A stretch of 64,000 bases of DNA from Eledone cirrhosa (GCA_964016885.1 OZ024748.1:24118001-24182000), one strand, 5' to 3'; counted from the stretch's first letter, positions 1 to 13,600 are shown. Notes: a model not told the origin generated them from the sequence alone. Numbers and translations are program-made.

Positions 1-896
1 ATATATATATATGTTTCAAGAATAAACAAGACAAAATCAGGGTCTCATTAGGTTCACTCCTGGGAAGACGTAAACGAGGGTTTCCGAAAATCTCGGGAGA
101 TTAGATGGGAGAGAAGGCTGCGGCTGAGGAAGGTGATGTGCTGTACTCGGGCCTTGAGAGGGGTGGGCTCTGCCAGGCTTAAAATGCCAAAGAAAGGCCG
201 TATGTCAATACGGTTCCCCCGCGACTCTATCCGGAGGTACGAGACCATGTATACATATTCTATCCTATTGCTTTTTTGTATCCATGTAGATAGAAAATAA
301 ACTGTTTTAATATTAATTCCATTGCCGTGTTAGCGTATTACCAATTACAGCAGATAAGTTTTACCAATTCATATAATATCGATTACTAATTTAGGCTCAG
401 CAAATTTGAATGGCGAGCAGAGCTGATTGGATCAACAACTCGTACCTAACTATATGTTATCAACACTGGAAGGTTGGAAGGTAAAGTTGACATTGGCATG
501 ATTTAGACTCAGAATATAAAGAACCAGAACAAATACCGCACTGGCATCTTATCAGACACTCTACCAATTCTACCAACCCATTACACTTCTTTGAATTAAT
601 ATCACAGACTAATGTAACAATTTCCACCTTTTACTCCATTAATCTAGAGACAATCTTTGTGGAGTAATGTCCTTTGCATCTCATTTCCTCAAACATCTCC
701 CAACAAATTATTATTAAAATATATATCCTTTTATTTCAATTCGCTAATATTCTTTATTCTTTTATTCTTTCATTTGTTGACTACGGCCATGTTGGGGCAC
801 TGTCGTGGTTTAGTCGAACACGTTGAATCCAGTACTTATTTCTACAAGTCTAGTACTAATTTTATCGCTCTCTGTATTGTCTAACAGCTATGTTAC

Positions 897-938
<42 letters not shown>

Positions 939-1142
939 CATATATAGAAATGCGACGGGTTTCTGCAGGTTCCATTTTCCGAATTCCACTGACAGGGTTT
1001 TATTCAGACGAAGTCTATTGTACAAGGAAGAGACTTGCCCAAGGTGCCACTCAACGAGACTGAAACTCGAACCAATTGGCTGCGAATCAGTCAATGAACC
1101 ATTCAGCCAATATCCTCCCATATCATTCACATCTCTATATAA

Positions 1143-1360
1143 TGTTTTCTGATTTAGACACAAGGCCAACAATTTGGGGGGAGGGGAAAGTCGATTAAAT
1201 CTACCCCAGTGCATGACTGGTACTTTATTTTATCGACTCCGTAAGGATGAAAGGGAAAGATAACCTCGGTGGGTTTTGAACTCAGAACGTAAAGGACCGT
1301 AATTCTATGCGACAAAGTATGTTGTCCGACGCTCTACCGATTCTGCCAATCCACCGCCGT
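1143..1360 (-). mobile_element. tRNA-derived octopus-type SINE
   Basis: Head ggcggtggattggcagaatcggtagagcgtcgg, B-box-like gagttcaaa, body tttcatccttacgg.gtcgataaaataaagtaccagt. A degenerate copy lies at about 385-580. Confidence 0.85.
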
Positions 1361-1529
1361 CACGTACGTAACCTTACATTCGGTTAGAACCGAATGTAAG
1401 GTTACTCCGATGAAAAACTCTATTTTCATTGTTTTTTTAGCCTATTTATTCTATTCTTTAATTCCACAATCTTCTCCTCCTTAGCTTTCAAACCCTTCAA
1501 ATTGATATATTGTGTTTTATTTAATGATG

Positions 1530-1605
<76 letters not shown>

Positions 1606-1916
1606 CATTTTAAAATCCCACTGACACAGCACTTCATATTGACTTAATAAATCCCAAATTGAAATGCTAGCTAGCACACATAGGTATTACTTATTTCATT
1701 GAAATGTATAATTAATCAGAGTTTAACTTAGAATTGATTTGATTTTAATCTATTTATTATAGATTTCTGCAAGGTAAGACATTAGATTTTATAATATATG
1801 TACTTTTGCCAAGCTTTTGGGAATACACATTCAGACACACACATACATACATACATACATACATACATACATACATACATACATACATACATACATACAT
1901 ACATACATACATACAT

Positions 1917-2480
1917 GGTGGCTGCCAACTCGTTTTCGAGTACGGCCACTACTTTATATCCATGTAGGAGAACCCCTACCGATGCGCTGAACGAGTGTGA
2001 CTTTTTAGTCCAGCCAGCGACTTGAAAACTCTGGTACAAACACTACACTTGTGACAATTATTGACACATGGTGCTGGGCCCATGGTACCATGTGACGACA
2101 AGTGCAGAGAGATCTCCAGATATAAAGCAATGCCTGTGCCGTGAAGCTTTAGGCACTGCACAAAGCCAGTCACACTCTCTTAACCAAGATGATATTTACC
2201 AAAAAGAAGAACAAGTCAACATCATTGGATACCATTAGGGTTGCAGGTGTTATATCAGAGTTTTCCTTCTCCTAGAATTCTGCCTTGATAAAGGCTAAGG
2301 GGTCATCTCTCCCGGTGATTTTGGATGGCCATTGACTCTTTTTAGTCCTGCTGGATGTCCAAAGTCACCCTCCTCACCAAGAAACCTTGGTGGGGTTGCC
2401 AGTTTAGTCGCCAACGACCCGACCATGAGGCAGGTTGTACTGGGATACATGTTACCAGTAGCACCAACTGGTGATCTGAC
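1917..2480 (-). mobile_element. Non-autonomous RTE-derived retroelement with (ATGT)n tail
   Basis: The minus strand encodes C2H2-like CSVCTRVFKSLAGLKSH..H followed by a 3' stem-loop (ctcg-aaaa-cgag) and (ATGT)n. Near-identical copies elsewhere in the window. Confidence 0.65.
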
Positions 2481-2606
2481 ATACATATATACATACATAC
2501 CAGACATACATACATACATACATACATACATACATACATACATACATACATACATACATACATACATACATACATACATACATACATACATACATACATA
2601 CATACA

Positions 2607-3121
2607 TGGTGGCTGCCAACTCGTTTTCGAGTACGGCCACTACTTTATATCCATGTAGGAGAACCCCTACTGATTGCGCTGAACGAGTGTGACTTTTTAG
2701 TCCAGCCAGCGACTTGAAAACTCTGGTACAAACACTACACTTGTGACAATTACTGACACATAGTGCTGGGCCCATGGTACCATGTGACGACAAGTGCAGA
2801 GAGATCTCCAGATATAAAGCAATGCCTGTGCCGTGAAGCTTTTATAGTGAGCAAAGGCACTGCACAAAGCCAGTCTCACTCTCTTAACCAAGATGATATT
2901 TACCAAAAAGAAGAACAAGTCAACATCATTGGATACCATCAGGGTTGCAGGTGTTACATCAGAGTTTTCCTTCTCCTAGAATTCTGCCTTGACAAAGGCT
3001 AAGGGGTCATCTCTCCTGGTGATTTTGGATGGCCATTGACTCTTAAGAGCTCCTTTGCCCTTTGACAGGTTTTGTTTTTAGTCCTGCAGGATGTTACCAG
3101 TAGCACCAACTGGTGACCTGA
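2607..3121 (-). mobile_element. Second tandem copy of the RTE-derived element
   Basis: Near-identical to 1917-2480 and flanked by (TACA)n. Confidence 0.65.
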
Positions 3122-3187
3122 CATGCATACATACATACATACATACATACATACATACATACATACATACATACATACATACATACA

Positions 3188-3222
<35 letters not shown>

Positions 3223-3359
3223 TACTCTTTTACTCTTTTACTCTTTTGCCTGTTCCAGCCATCCGGCTGAGGCCGTATATGTATATATGTGTGTGCGCGT
3301 GCGTGTCTGAACATACATATACATATGTATATGTATATTATATATTATATATTGTATAT

Positions 3360-3453
<94 letters not shown>

Positions 3454-3935
3454 CCGTTGCTCGCACCAACCGGAGGTATATGGTCTTTAGAGCGATGAAA
3501 TACCAATGATGGTTGGAAGATCACTGATGAAGGACTAACTTTATTCATATATATATATAAAAAAATATATATATATATATACATACACACACACATATAT
3601 ATACATATATATATACACACATATATATATACATATATATATGTGTGTGTGTATCCCGAGTTCAATCGGGGGTAACCACAGTAAGTAAGGTACTCAATGG
3701 GCTTTCTTGATGATTTCCTTCGAATGAAACACTTCTAGTCCTGTAGAACCCATTTCTATATTAAATATATATATATATATATATACAGTATTTTCCGTTG
3801 TGTTGTAATATAAATATTACACACAGTAGATTGACAGCTCACGTAGAGTTTGCTCGACAGTTCCAGTTGTAGTTCCAAAAGTAATCCGGAGAAAAATAGA
3901 AAGATTTGAATGGATACAGTTTAGTTGAAAGGAAT

Positions 3936-4056
3936 TTATTGACACGTGTTTCTATAACAGTTACATAACCTGAAAACAGCTGCTATCTACAAAGTATTAG
4001 TTATGCAGACATTCAATATTTCAATGTTATTATCTACTGTCATTTCATCAGAATAA
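3936..4056 (-). ncRNA. Type I hammerhead ribozyme motif (PLE pLTR) with extended stem II
   Basis: Reverse complement of 8042-8162. Confidence 0.7.
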
Positions 4057-4601
4057 TATTACTGAGGACCTGTTTGGTTTTTATAGAGAATATTAGGAGG
4101 GAGGGGTGAAGTTGTTAGAAGAATAGTTGAGGGAGTGGTTTTTTGATAGCAGTGAGAATTTTTGGTGGCAGTGAGTAATTAGATTCCCATCTGTTGTTTT
4201 GACATTTTTATAGAATATATTATTGGTTATTTTTCTAAATCTATAGAAGGATTAGAGATAGTAAAGATTCGCGTGGTTGGTTTTGTGTTTGCACTTAATT
4301 AACATTCAGACTTAAATTTTTCTTTCAAGTGTACGTATCCTTTCGCCCACGCATTCACACACAAACATATTTGCACACCTCTACAAAATACATATACTCA
4401 CATTCACATAGTAACATGTTCATACTTACATACATATACACATGCATACATATATATATACACACATGTATTCATGTACATACATACGCGTTCATGTGTA
4501 TACATTTTCATACTCAACTTATCTTTATATACACACGTATAGACACACACATATATACATACATACTCTAGTCTATCTGTATATATATATATATACATAT
4601 A

Positions 4602-4679
<78 letters not shown>

Positions 4680-4959
4680 AGCACTTTAATACATGAATAC
4701 ACTTACATCTAACTATACACATCAAACATATATATATATTTACTTATTTATATACATTTTCACATATATATACATACTTATGGTCGCTTTTAGACACATT
4801 CATTATCGCATATTTGCACCTATTCTCATCAGCATATCTTTCCATTATTAGTGTGGTAATTTAAGGTTATTAATATACATATATATATGTTGAGAAGAGA
4901 TTGTTTTTATATTTTTCTAACTAGATTGAGGTTTATATAGTTGGGGGGATGTCCCTCTT

Positions 4960-7055
4960 TTATGTAATATTCGGCTTGTAGTGGGAAAAAAGGGTTTTAG
5001 TTCGGTGACGGCAGAATAATGTTCGTTCAATTCTGTTATTCAGCAATTTCTTCTTGTGTGTGATTATGTAATAAATCTCAAGATTACACAATTTGCAGAA
5101 ATTTTGGCTCCTGGAAAAGCTTTGGGTGTTAGCTAATTTCTCCCATTTTAGGGTAAACTTTTGATCGCTATCCCTGAGCGTCCAAGCTTTTTCTGCTAAA
5201 GTTGTTACATTTCTTTGGCTCTGGTGTTTTATTGAGTAAGAATGCCTATATAATCGAGATTTAAACGATGTTGCCGTTGATCCCACGTAATACCACTCGT
5301 TGCCTCCGGATTTAATGGTACACTTATAAATAATATTTTTTTCCAGGCAGTTATTGCCGAGGGGGCAGTTGTCAGGATAGGTGCAGTTACAGTTGTGTAC
5401 GTTGGGTTTTCTCTGGAGTAGTATTGCGGACGAACTTAGGTGTGGTTTATTTATGTTCTGTAGTGTATTGTCTACTGTTTTTTTTGTGTTCTTTGTACTT
5501 AAGTTTTTAGTGTTTTCGTTTAACCTTCTAGTATTGATCTTTGTTATGTGTTGTTCAAGGTTTAACGCTGTAGAGTATGACAGTCTTATAGTGGTAGGGT
5601 TTAGGATGTTGTGGTATTTGTGTGATGTAGGAAAATGTCTCTTAATTATTTTAAAGAAGAGTACTGGTAAATTTGTACTAATGGAACTATTGTATTCGGG
5701 GTTATACCATAAGTAATCTTTGCATCGCTTTCTATTAGTTTTGTCTGTTGGTTTACTGGTGTGCATACTATGGTAGTAAGTGTGGTTTGGTGTTGTGTTA
5801 TTATATCTACCTATGTGGGATTTATTTTGGGTGTTTTGATTGTTCCCATCTATATACTCTATTTTGTTGAGGTAGCCTGCTTTACTAAGGGCGTTATCGT
5901 AGTACTCGGCGTGTTCCTTAAATACTTGTATGTTAGAAGATAGACCCGAGATTCTAAGGGAAATATTTTTAGGGATAGATTTAATTATAGAGATGGGGTG
6001 ATTAGACCCAACATTTACGTATTTGAGATTTTCATTCAATTTATGAAACGGTTTAATCAGACCAGAGTTTAAATTGAGTGTGACATCCAGGAAGTTAACT
6101 ACTTTAAGGTTGTATTCATATGTTATAGTTAGTCCTATTTCGAGTAGTAGTTTTCTTATATCTTTGCGTAGTTTTTCTAGTTTTTGGTTATTCAGGTTTT
6201 TAACTAGGTTTTATTTAGGTTTTTAACATCGTCGCGGTATATTCCGCCGTGGAGATTGCTGAATTTTTCCTGGAGTCTAAAGGCGATAAATAACCCCACA
6301 ATATCAGTTATTTCCGCCGAATCGTTAGAGCCCATTGTTATGTCAAAGTTAGAGGGTCTATCTTTACGTACCCAATAACTGTTCTCAAATTTGACTATAG
6401 TTTTCCTAGCTTCTAATATAATCTTAATTTCATCGTTTGTAAGGTCAGAGTTATCCTTAGCAAACTTAATGGCTCTATTCAAAGTTTCAGGTGATATCGA
6501 TGAGTAATATTCATCGATATCAAACTGGATAAACTTAGATTTATTCTTATTGCTAATGCTATTAAACCATCTTATTGCTTCTTGGGTCTTCCCCCAGAGT
6601 TTAATGTTAACCTTAGCCTTAATTTGGGGGATGATTCTATATAAGATATATTTGCTTATTTTACCTATATCTGATTTAGGGTCATTATCAAAGTTTACCT
6701 TATGGTCCTTAAGATTGAAGGTGGGTACCGCCGGTAAGAGTGGTCCTGTCGTATCTTCGATTCCGAGATTTTTCACTATTTCGCATGCCTCATCATTGAT
6801 GTGCTTAAGAGTTACTTCATTCGTTTTTCTATATTTTTTATGTAATTCTTTTCGAATGAAGTTGTTGTATGTAGTGCAATCCATAGTATACAGGTTTGAT
6901 GTTTTGTCCGCTTTTACTACAATTCCTTTGGTGTTTTTAAGGTCGTCCAGTAGTTTTTTAATATCTTTCTGTAATTTGTTGTTGGTGTTACGTCCTTTGA
7001 ATTTAATTTTAAGGATTAAGTTCATAAGGTCCTGCTCAAATGCATCTAATAGTGG
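4960..7055 (-). pseudogene. PLE reverse transcriptase plus C-terminal GIY-YIG endonuclease, frameshifted near 6204
   Basis: RT motifs FDIDEYY, ITMGS, IYRDD, VNFLDV and SNHP. Linker CNCTYPDNC (CxCx5C), NIIY..YVGST..FKSR..H (GIY-YIG) and C-terminal CKLC. A short duplication (gttaaaaacct) just after YRDD breaks the frame. Confidence 0.9.
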
Positions 7056-7275
7056 GTTTTCTCAACATATATATATGTATATTAATAACCTTAAATTACC
7101 ACACTAATAATGGAAAGATATGGTGATGAGAATAGGTGCAAATATGCGATAATGAATGTGTCTAAAAGCGACCATAAGTATGTATATATATGTGAAAATG
7201 TATATAAATAAGTAAATATATATATATGTTTGATGTGTATAGTTAGATGTAAGTGTATTCATGTATTAAAGTGCT

Positions 7276-7330
<55 letters not shown>

Positions 7331-8041
7331 GTGAGGTTTTTTTTTTTACAAAATGAAAAATAACCGAGGTGTCCTACACGAGTGAAAGTATAAAGAAAAA
7401 GAGATGAAATCGAAAATGCAACTGAAGTCTTATTTTTTTTTTTTTTTTTTTAAATATATATATTTATAAAAATATATATATTTATATATATATATAAATA
7501 TATATGTATATATATATACACATAGACTAGATTTTGTATGTATATATGTGTGTGTCTATACGTGTGTATATAAAGATAAGTTGAGTATGAAAATGTATAC
7601 ACATGAACGCGTATGTATGTACATGAATACATGTGTGTATACATATATGTATGCATGTGTATATGTATGTAAGTATGAACATGTTACTATGTGAGTGTGA
7701 GTATATGTATTTTGTAGAGGTGTGCAAATATGTTTGTGTGTGAATGCGTGGGCGAAAGGATACGTACACTTGAAAGAAAAATTTAAGTCTGAATGTTAAT
7801 TAAGTGCAAACACAAAACCAACCACGCGAATCTTTACTATCTCTAATCCTTCTATAGATTTAGAAAAATAACCAATAATATATTCTATAAAAATGTCAAA
7901 ACAACAGATGGGAATCTAATTACTCACTGCCACCAAAAATTCTCACTGCTATCAAAAAACCACTCCCTCAACTATTCTTCTAACAACTTCACCCCTCCCT
8001 CCTAATATTCTCTATAAAAACCAAACAGGTCCTCAGTAATA

Positions 8042-8162
8042 TTATTCTGATGAAATGACAGTAGATAATAACATTGAAATATTGAATGTCTGCATAACTA
8101 ATACTTTGTAGATAGCAGCTGTTTTCAGGTTATGTAACTGTTATAGAAACACGTGTCAATAA
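8042..8162 (+). ncRNA. Type I hammerhead ribozyme motif with about 90-nt stem II
   Basis: ttatt-CTGATGA(8047)-a-atgacag...ctgttat-a-GAAA(8146)-cacgtg-TC-aataa. Palindromic stem III and GUC site. Confidence 0.7.
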
Positions 8163-8196
8163 ATTCCTTTCAACTAAACTGTATCCATTCAAATCT

Positions 8197-8229
<33 letters not shown>

Positions 8230-8233
<4 letters not shown>

Positions 8234-8603
8234 ATTAAATAAATGGAAAACTATATTTATAACACCATATTTATTTCATTATATATATTTCGCGCCGAGG
8301 TTGACTTTGCCTTTCATCCTTACGGGGTCGATAAAATAAAGTACCAGTAATACACTGGATAATTTCTGGACTTGTGCCAAAAAGTAGAAACAATTATATA
8401 TATTTCGGGGATATCATATTAACAATATGCTATGCCTTCATCAGACAAAATACAATATAAACAGTTTTATAGATAAATATATTCGACATACCGTAATAAA
8501 CATCAACTTCATTGTAAATATACTCCAAATATTTGTCGAGTGCTTTTATATCAGTTATAAATATTTACTAGTTGTAACCCAACAATTTTAAATATAACTT
8601 TAC
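8230..8603. mobile_element. Collapsed copy of the 47807-48274 fold-back HHR element, interrupted by a SINE
   Basis: The left arm (with minus-strand HHR core) is joined directly to the unique right terminus gtaaatatactcc...tttaca. Confidence 0.75.
8292..8394 (+). mobile_element. 5'-truncated SINE with about 15-bp target-site duplication (TSD)
   Basis: SINE body and tail, with attatatatatttcg present on both sides. Confidence 0.8.
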
Positions 8604-8625
8604 ATGTATATATATATATATATAT

Positions 8626-9159
8626 AAGCAGAAGGGATATTCAATTTGTTGGTAATTCAACAATATAAATGTTCATAACTGATTCAGGGCACTCAACAGT
8701 TTTCTGGAGTATAATATGCAATGATATTAAATAAGTGGAAACTATATTTATAAAACCATATTTATTCTATTATATATATTTCAAGGGTACCACAAATTTT
8801 GGTACGCTGTCATCAGATAAAATACGAAGTATGTTTTATAAATGTTGACGTAACCAAGGATAATATACCTTAACGGTTCAAGTTATCCCTGGATAACTTG
8901 ATAACTTCAACCGTTAAGGTATATTATCCTTGGTTACGTCAACATTTATAAAACATACTTCGTATTTTATCTGATGACAGCGTACCAAAATTTGTGGTAC
9001 CCTTAAAATATATATAATAGAATAAATATGGTTTTATAAATATAGTTTCCACTTATTTAATATCATTGCATATTATACTCCAGAAAATTGTTGAGTGCTA
9101 TGAATCAGTTATAAACATTTATATTTGTTGAATTACCAACAAACTGAATATCCCTTCTG

Positions 9160-9162
<3 letters not shown>
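8626..9162. mobile_element. Fold-back mini-element (about 250-bp inverted arms) with HHR in each arm, inserted in (TA)n
   Basis: Arms 8626-8878 and 8909-9162 are near-perfect reverse complements. The spacer has its own hairpin. No ORF. Confidence 0.85.
8763..8824 (-). ncRNA. Type I hammerhead ribozyme motif
   Basis: tattttat-CTGATGA-cagc-gtacca..tggtac-cctt-GAAA-tatata-TA-atagaata. The + strand twin at 8963-9024 has GAAA>AAAA. Confidence 0.75.
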
Positions 9163-9232
<70 letters not shown>

Positions 9233-9389
9233 GAAATATATATATATATATATATATATATACGAAATATATATATATATATATACGAAATGTGGTCTTC
9301 GAAAGGTAAATGATATTTTATCATCACAAATAATAGTTTATAAAATCGAATAAAGTACTCCTAGGGAGAGTAGAAGTTAACAGTAACAT

Positions 9390-10428
9390 CTTCTGGGGTA
9401 CTTTACACGATTTCTCAGTAGCGTCTTCTAGGGTACTTTACACGATTTCTTAGTCGCGTCTTCTGGCGTACTTTACACGATTTCTCAGTAGCGTCTTCTG
9501 GGGTACTTTACACGATTTCTCAGTAGCGTCTTCCGGGGTACTTTACACGATTTCTCAGTAGCGTCTTCTGGCGTACTTCACACGATTTCTCAGTAGCGTC
9601 TTCTGGGGTACTTTACACGATTTCTCAGTAGCGTCTTCTGGGGTACTTTACACGATTTCTCAGTAGCGTCTTCTGGGGTACTTTACTTGATTTCTCAGTA
9701 GCGTCTTCTGGCGTACTTTACACGATTTCTCAGTAGCGTCTTCTGGGGTACTTTACACGATTTCTCAGTAGCGTCTTCTAGGGTACTTTACTTGATTTCT
9801 CAGTAGCGTCTTCTGGGGTACTTTACACGATTTCTCAGTAGCGTCTTCTAGGGTACTTTACACGATTTCTCAGTAGCGTCTTCTAGGGTACTTTACTTGA
9901 TTTCTCAGTTACGTCTTCTGGCGTACTTTACACGATTTCTCAGTAGCGTCTTCTAGGGTACTTTACTTGATTTCTCAGTAGCGTCTTCTGGCGTACTTTA
10001 CACGATTTCTCAGTAGCGTCTTCTGGCGTACTTTACACGATTTCTCAGTAGCGTCTTCTAGGGTACTTTACACGATTTCTCAGTAGCGTCTTCTAGGGTA
10101 CTTTACACGATTTCTTAGTAGCGTCTTCTGGCGTACTTTACACGATTTCTCAGTAGCGTCTTCTAGGGTACTTTACACGATTTCTCAGTAGCGTCTTCTA
10201 GGGTACTTTACACGATTTCTTAGTAGCGTCTTCTGGCGTACTTTACACGATTTCTCAGTAGCGTCTTCTAGGGTACTTTACATGATTTCTCAGTAGCGTC
10301 TTCTAGGGTACTTTACACGATTTCTCAGTAGCGTCTTCTAGGGTACTTTACACGATTTCTTAGTAGCGTCTTCTGGGGTACTTTACACGATTTCTCAGTA
10401 GCGTCTTCTGGGGTACTTTACACGATTT
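9390..10428. repeat. 35-bp minisatellite, about 30 copies
   Basis: Unit cttct(g/a)g(g/c)gtactttacacgatttctcagtagcgt, contiguous with no spacers. Confidence 0.97.
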
Positions 10429-10569
10429 TTAAAACTATTATTCATAGTGAATGACTATTATTATAGTTATTTATTTTGGGAATACCACATTTCGAAGTTC
10501 AAAGTATCCAATGCTTCTTAAGTAAACCGCATGTTCGACTATTTATCTCTTTATCTATCTATTTATCTA

Positions 10570-10632
<63 letters not shown>

Positions 10633-10669
10633 CCATCTATCTAGTCATCTATCTATCTTACTATCTATC

Positions 10670-13600
10670 TCTGCGAGGCCCGGATCAGCAGCATGCGACA
10701 GCTAGCCCCCACCTTTGACGACTTTGAGATGCACGCATCTCTCTGTCAGCCCGGAGGTGGGGGTGGGGTTGTCGTTCTGCTGCAAAAACATATGGGCCTT
10801 GCAACACAGATAGTTCACTTGGACCCAGGGGGTCGACTGGTGGTGCTGGACCTTGGCAGTGGTGAAGGTAGAGCCCTTAGGCTGATAGCCGCATATGCCC
10901 CTTTTGGGACAGAGCGGGCCGACTTTTTCCAGCGTCTGGAGTCTTTTCTAGGGACGTCCCGTTCCCTGCTTTTAGTGGGGGATTGGAATGGTATCCTGGA
11001 TGCACGTTGAGACTATGCAGGGGCATGTCCCGATAGAGAGGGGTGCAACAGCCTCAAGGGGTTACTCGGCCGATTTGACCTGGCCGATAGATTTCGACTA
11101 GATTTTCCGACGGTGCCAACCTGGTCTTGGTCAAATCGCAGCGGATCATCTAGATCGTACCTAGATAGATTTTTAGTTAGAAATAAGGACAGGGACTTTT
11201 TAAGTTGTCCAGAAATGCTCATGGTTGGCTATTCAGACCACAAGTTGGTGACCTGCATGGTCAACCTTGATAGAACGCATAGACAGGGCCCCGGTTACTG
11301 GAAGCTCAACTTGTCCTTGCCGGCAAGTAGAGCCTACAGGAATCGGATTAGTACGTTAGTTAAGGAACGGTTGACTGGAGCGATCGTCAACAGCAGGTGG
11401 TGGGTATCTCTAAAGAGAGAGATTAGAGTAGTCTCGATTGAATTTAGTAAGGTTCTAGCTGCGGATAGGAATAGGAAGGAAAGGGAGCTAATAGATAGAG
11501 TAGAAGAGGCAATTAGAAGCGGCGACGTGGCCAGAGTGCTAGCGTCGAGAACGGCTTTGAGCCAGTTTTTCGACGCGAAGCACGAAGGTTGCGTTGTCCG
11601 AAGTAAAATACGTGCTCTAGGGAACGAGGGGGCCAAAGCTGTTAGCTGGGCCCGCGTGACAGAGGCCAACAGTGGAACTAAATCCACCATCCGGTCTTTG
11701 CGAGACCTGGATGGACGGGCGATTCTTGAGCCTAAGCAGATGTGTGAGGCCTTTCAAAGGCACTTTGCCCGACTGTTCGGGAGGGGCGGGGAGCCGGTTG
11801 GAAACGTGGACTTCGGTCCATACCTCGACGGCCTGCCGCGCCTCTCGGACAGGGAGGCGAAGTCTTGCGAGGAGCCGATTTCGGCCGCTGAGATAGAGGA
11901 CGTGCTGGGCCAATGCGGCAAACGCAAATCCCCGGGTCTCGATGGTCTTCCTTACGAATTATATCTAGCTATGCCGGACTTGTTCCCCGATCTCCTCGAG
12001 GCGGTCTACTGCAACTGGCAACAGAACGGGAGAATTCCCTGTACTGTGACCAAGGGCGTAGTCACGCTAGTGAGGAAGGACGAGAACAAGGGGGACGAAA
12101 TAAGTAACTTCAGGCCCATAACTCTGCTAAATACAGAGTTACAGATTTTGGCCAAGGTGCTAGCAAAGAGGTTGGCGCTTGTCGTGGGCAACCTGGTGGG
12201 AGATGCGCAGACATGCGCTATCCCGTCCAGGTCCATCCATGACAACCTCCACCTCATGCGATACATCATAGAGAGGGTTGGGAACGAACCCGGCTTTGGT
12301 GGGGCTCTGATCAACTTGGATCAATCTAAGGCGTTCGATAGGGTCGACCATGGTTACCTGAATGCGGTGCTAGCGGCGGCAGGCTTCGGACCCGTTTTCA
12401 GGGGCTGGATCACTGCTATGCACAGCAGCCGCATCTGCTCTAGGGTCAAGGTGAACGGCTACCTCTCGGAGCCGTTCAAAATCGCGCGGTCCATCCGACA
12501 AGGGTGCCCTCTCTCCTCCCTTCTGTATGTGTTGACTCTCGAGCCACTACTGCGGAAGTTGGAGTTGTTGCAGGGCATCCCTTTGGAACCGGGATTGCGG
12601 AAAGCGGTGTCGGCCTACGCCGATGATGTGACAGTAATGGTGTCGAAGGCCTCCGAAATCGAGGCGGTCGGCACCTTACTGGAGGAGTACGAAAAGTTCA
12701 CAGGGGCTAAGCTGAACCGGGACAAGTCGATCGGTTTGCAACTCGGCACGTGGAGGGGCAGACCGATGCCCTCCGATGGCGTCGTCGGACGCTGGACGGA
12801 GGGCCCGGTGAAGTTGCTCGGGGTCTGGTTCGGACCGGACCTCCAGGTGGAGAAAAACTGGGCGGAGGTTACGAACAGGGTGTTTGCACTGACCCAGAAG
12901 TGGGCCAGTTGCAAACTATCCCTGAAAGGTCGGGCGGAGGTGGCGAACACTTATATAGCGTCCGTCATCTACTACCGCCTGACCGTAGTGCCCTGCCCAA
13001 GGGAAACCCTCACCAAGATGGAGCGCGCTCTTCCAATTCCTTTGGAAGGGGCGGGCTCCTATGGTGAGGAGATCCATCTGCTGTCAACACCCTTCGAAAG
13101 GAGGGCTGGGGATGCCGTGGCTAATGATGCGTAAACACGCATTAAGGCTACGGCACCTCTACGTATTCCTCACCGGACAACCGGTGTGGGCCTCGTTTGT
13201 GAGACGAACCTTTCCCAGACTCGTCTCACTCACCGAGCTGCAATCCTGGGTCAAGCAAAGACCGAGAAAACTGGGCGCCTGGCACACTGAGTGTGCCCAG
13301 GCGCTCACCGCCCTCTGGCAGGCGGATCCGGTTATCAGTGGAGACTCCACCGCAACATTCTATAGAGGGCTGGTACGCAGCAGGTGCGACGACGCCCTCG
13401 GAGAAGCCCTAGACATGGAGGAGGACGAACTGGCCAGCCTGTTCGGTAGGACATTCAGCCCGGGACCTATGGACAACTTCCAGAAGTCCCTGGCCTGGCA
13501 GTGCTACCGAGGGGCTTTACCCGTTCGAGAAAGGCTCTACAGACACGGGCGCCCGGGTAGGGACCCCGCCAAAAAGATCTGTCCCAGATGCGTGTGCGAC

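Larger units (their letters stand above)
3786..8200 (-). mobile_element. Penelope-like retroelement (Hydra-type): 5'-truncated body with 3' pLTR (3786-4896) and an inverted pLTR copy (7059-8200), flanked by (TA)n
   Basis: 3897-4896 is the reverse complement of 7059-8200 apart from an insertion at about 7324-7450. An RT and GIY-YIG ORF lies between the arms, and each arm carries an HHR motif. Confidence 0.9.

Noticed and set aside
1-250. HHR at the window start (- strand CTAATGA...GAAA)
   Set aside because: The essential G5 is changed and the stems are unconvincing. The segment is only a dispersed repeat similar to 46130-46240.
1368-1405. 18-bp-arm palindrome as a terminator or binding site
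   Set aside because: The hairpin is real but no function is supportable, and bacterial terminator logic does not apply.
3492-3534. SECIS element (ATGA...TGA)
   Set aside because: The helix between the putative core halves is only about 5 bp, and no linked in-frame UGA ORF is visible.
9390-10428. CRISPR-like array of 35-bp repeats
   Set aside because: Units are contiguous with no unique spacers, there are no cas genes, and the context is eukaryotic.
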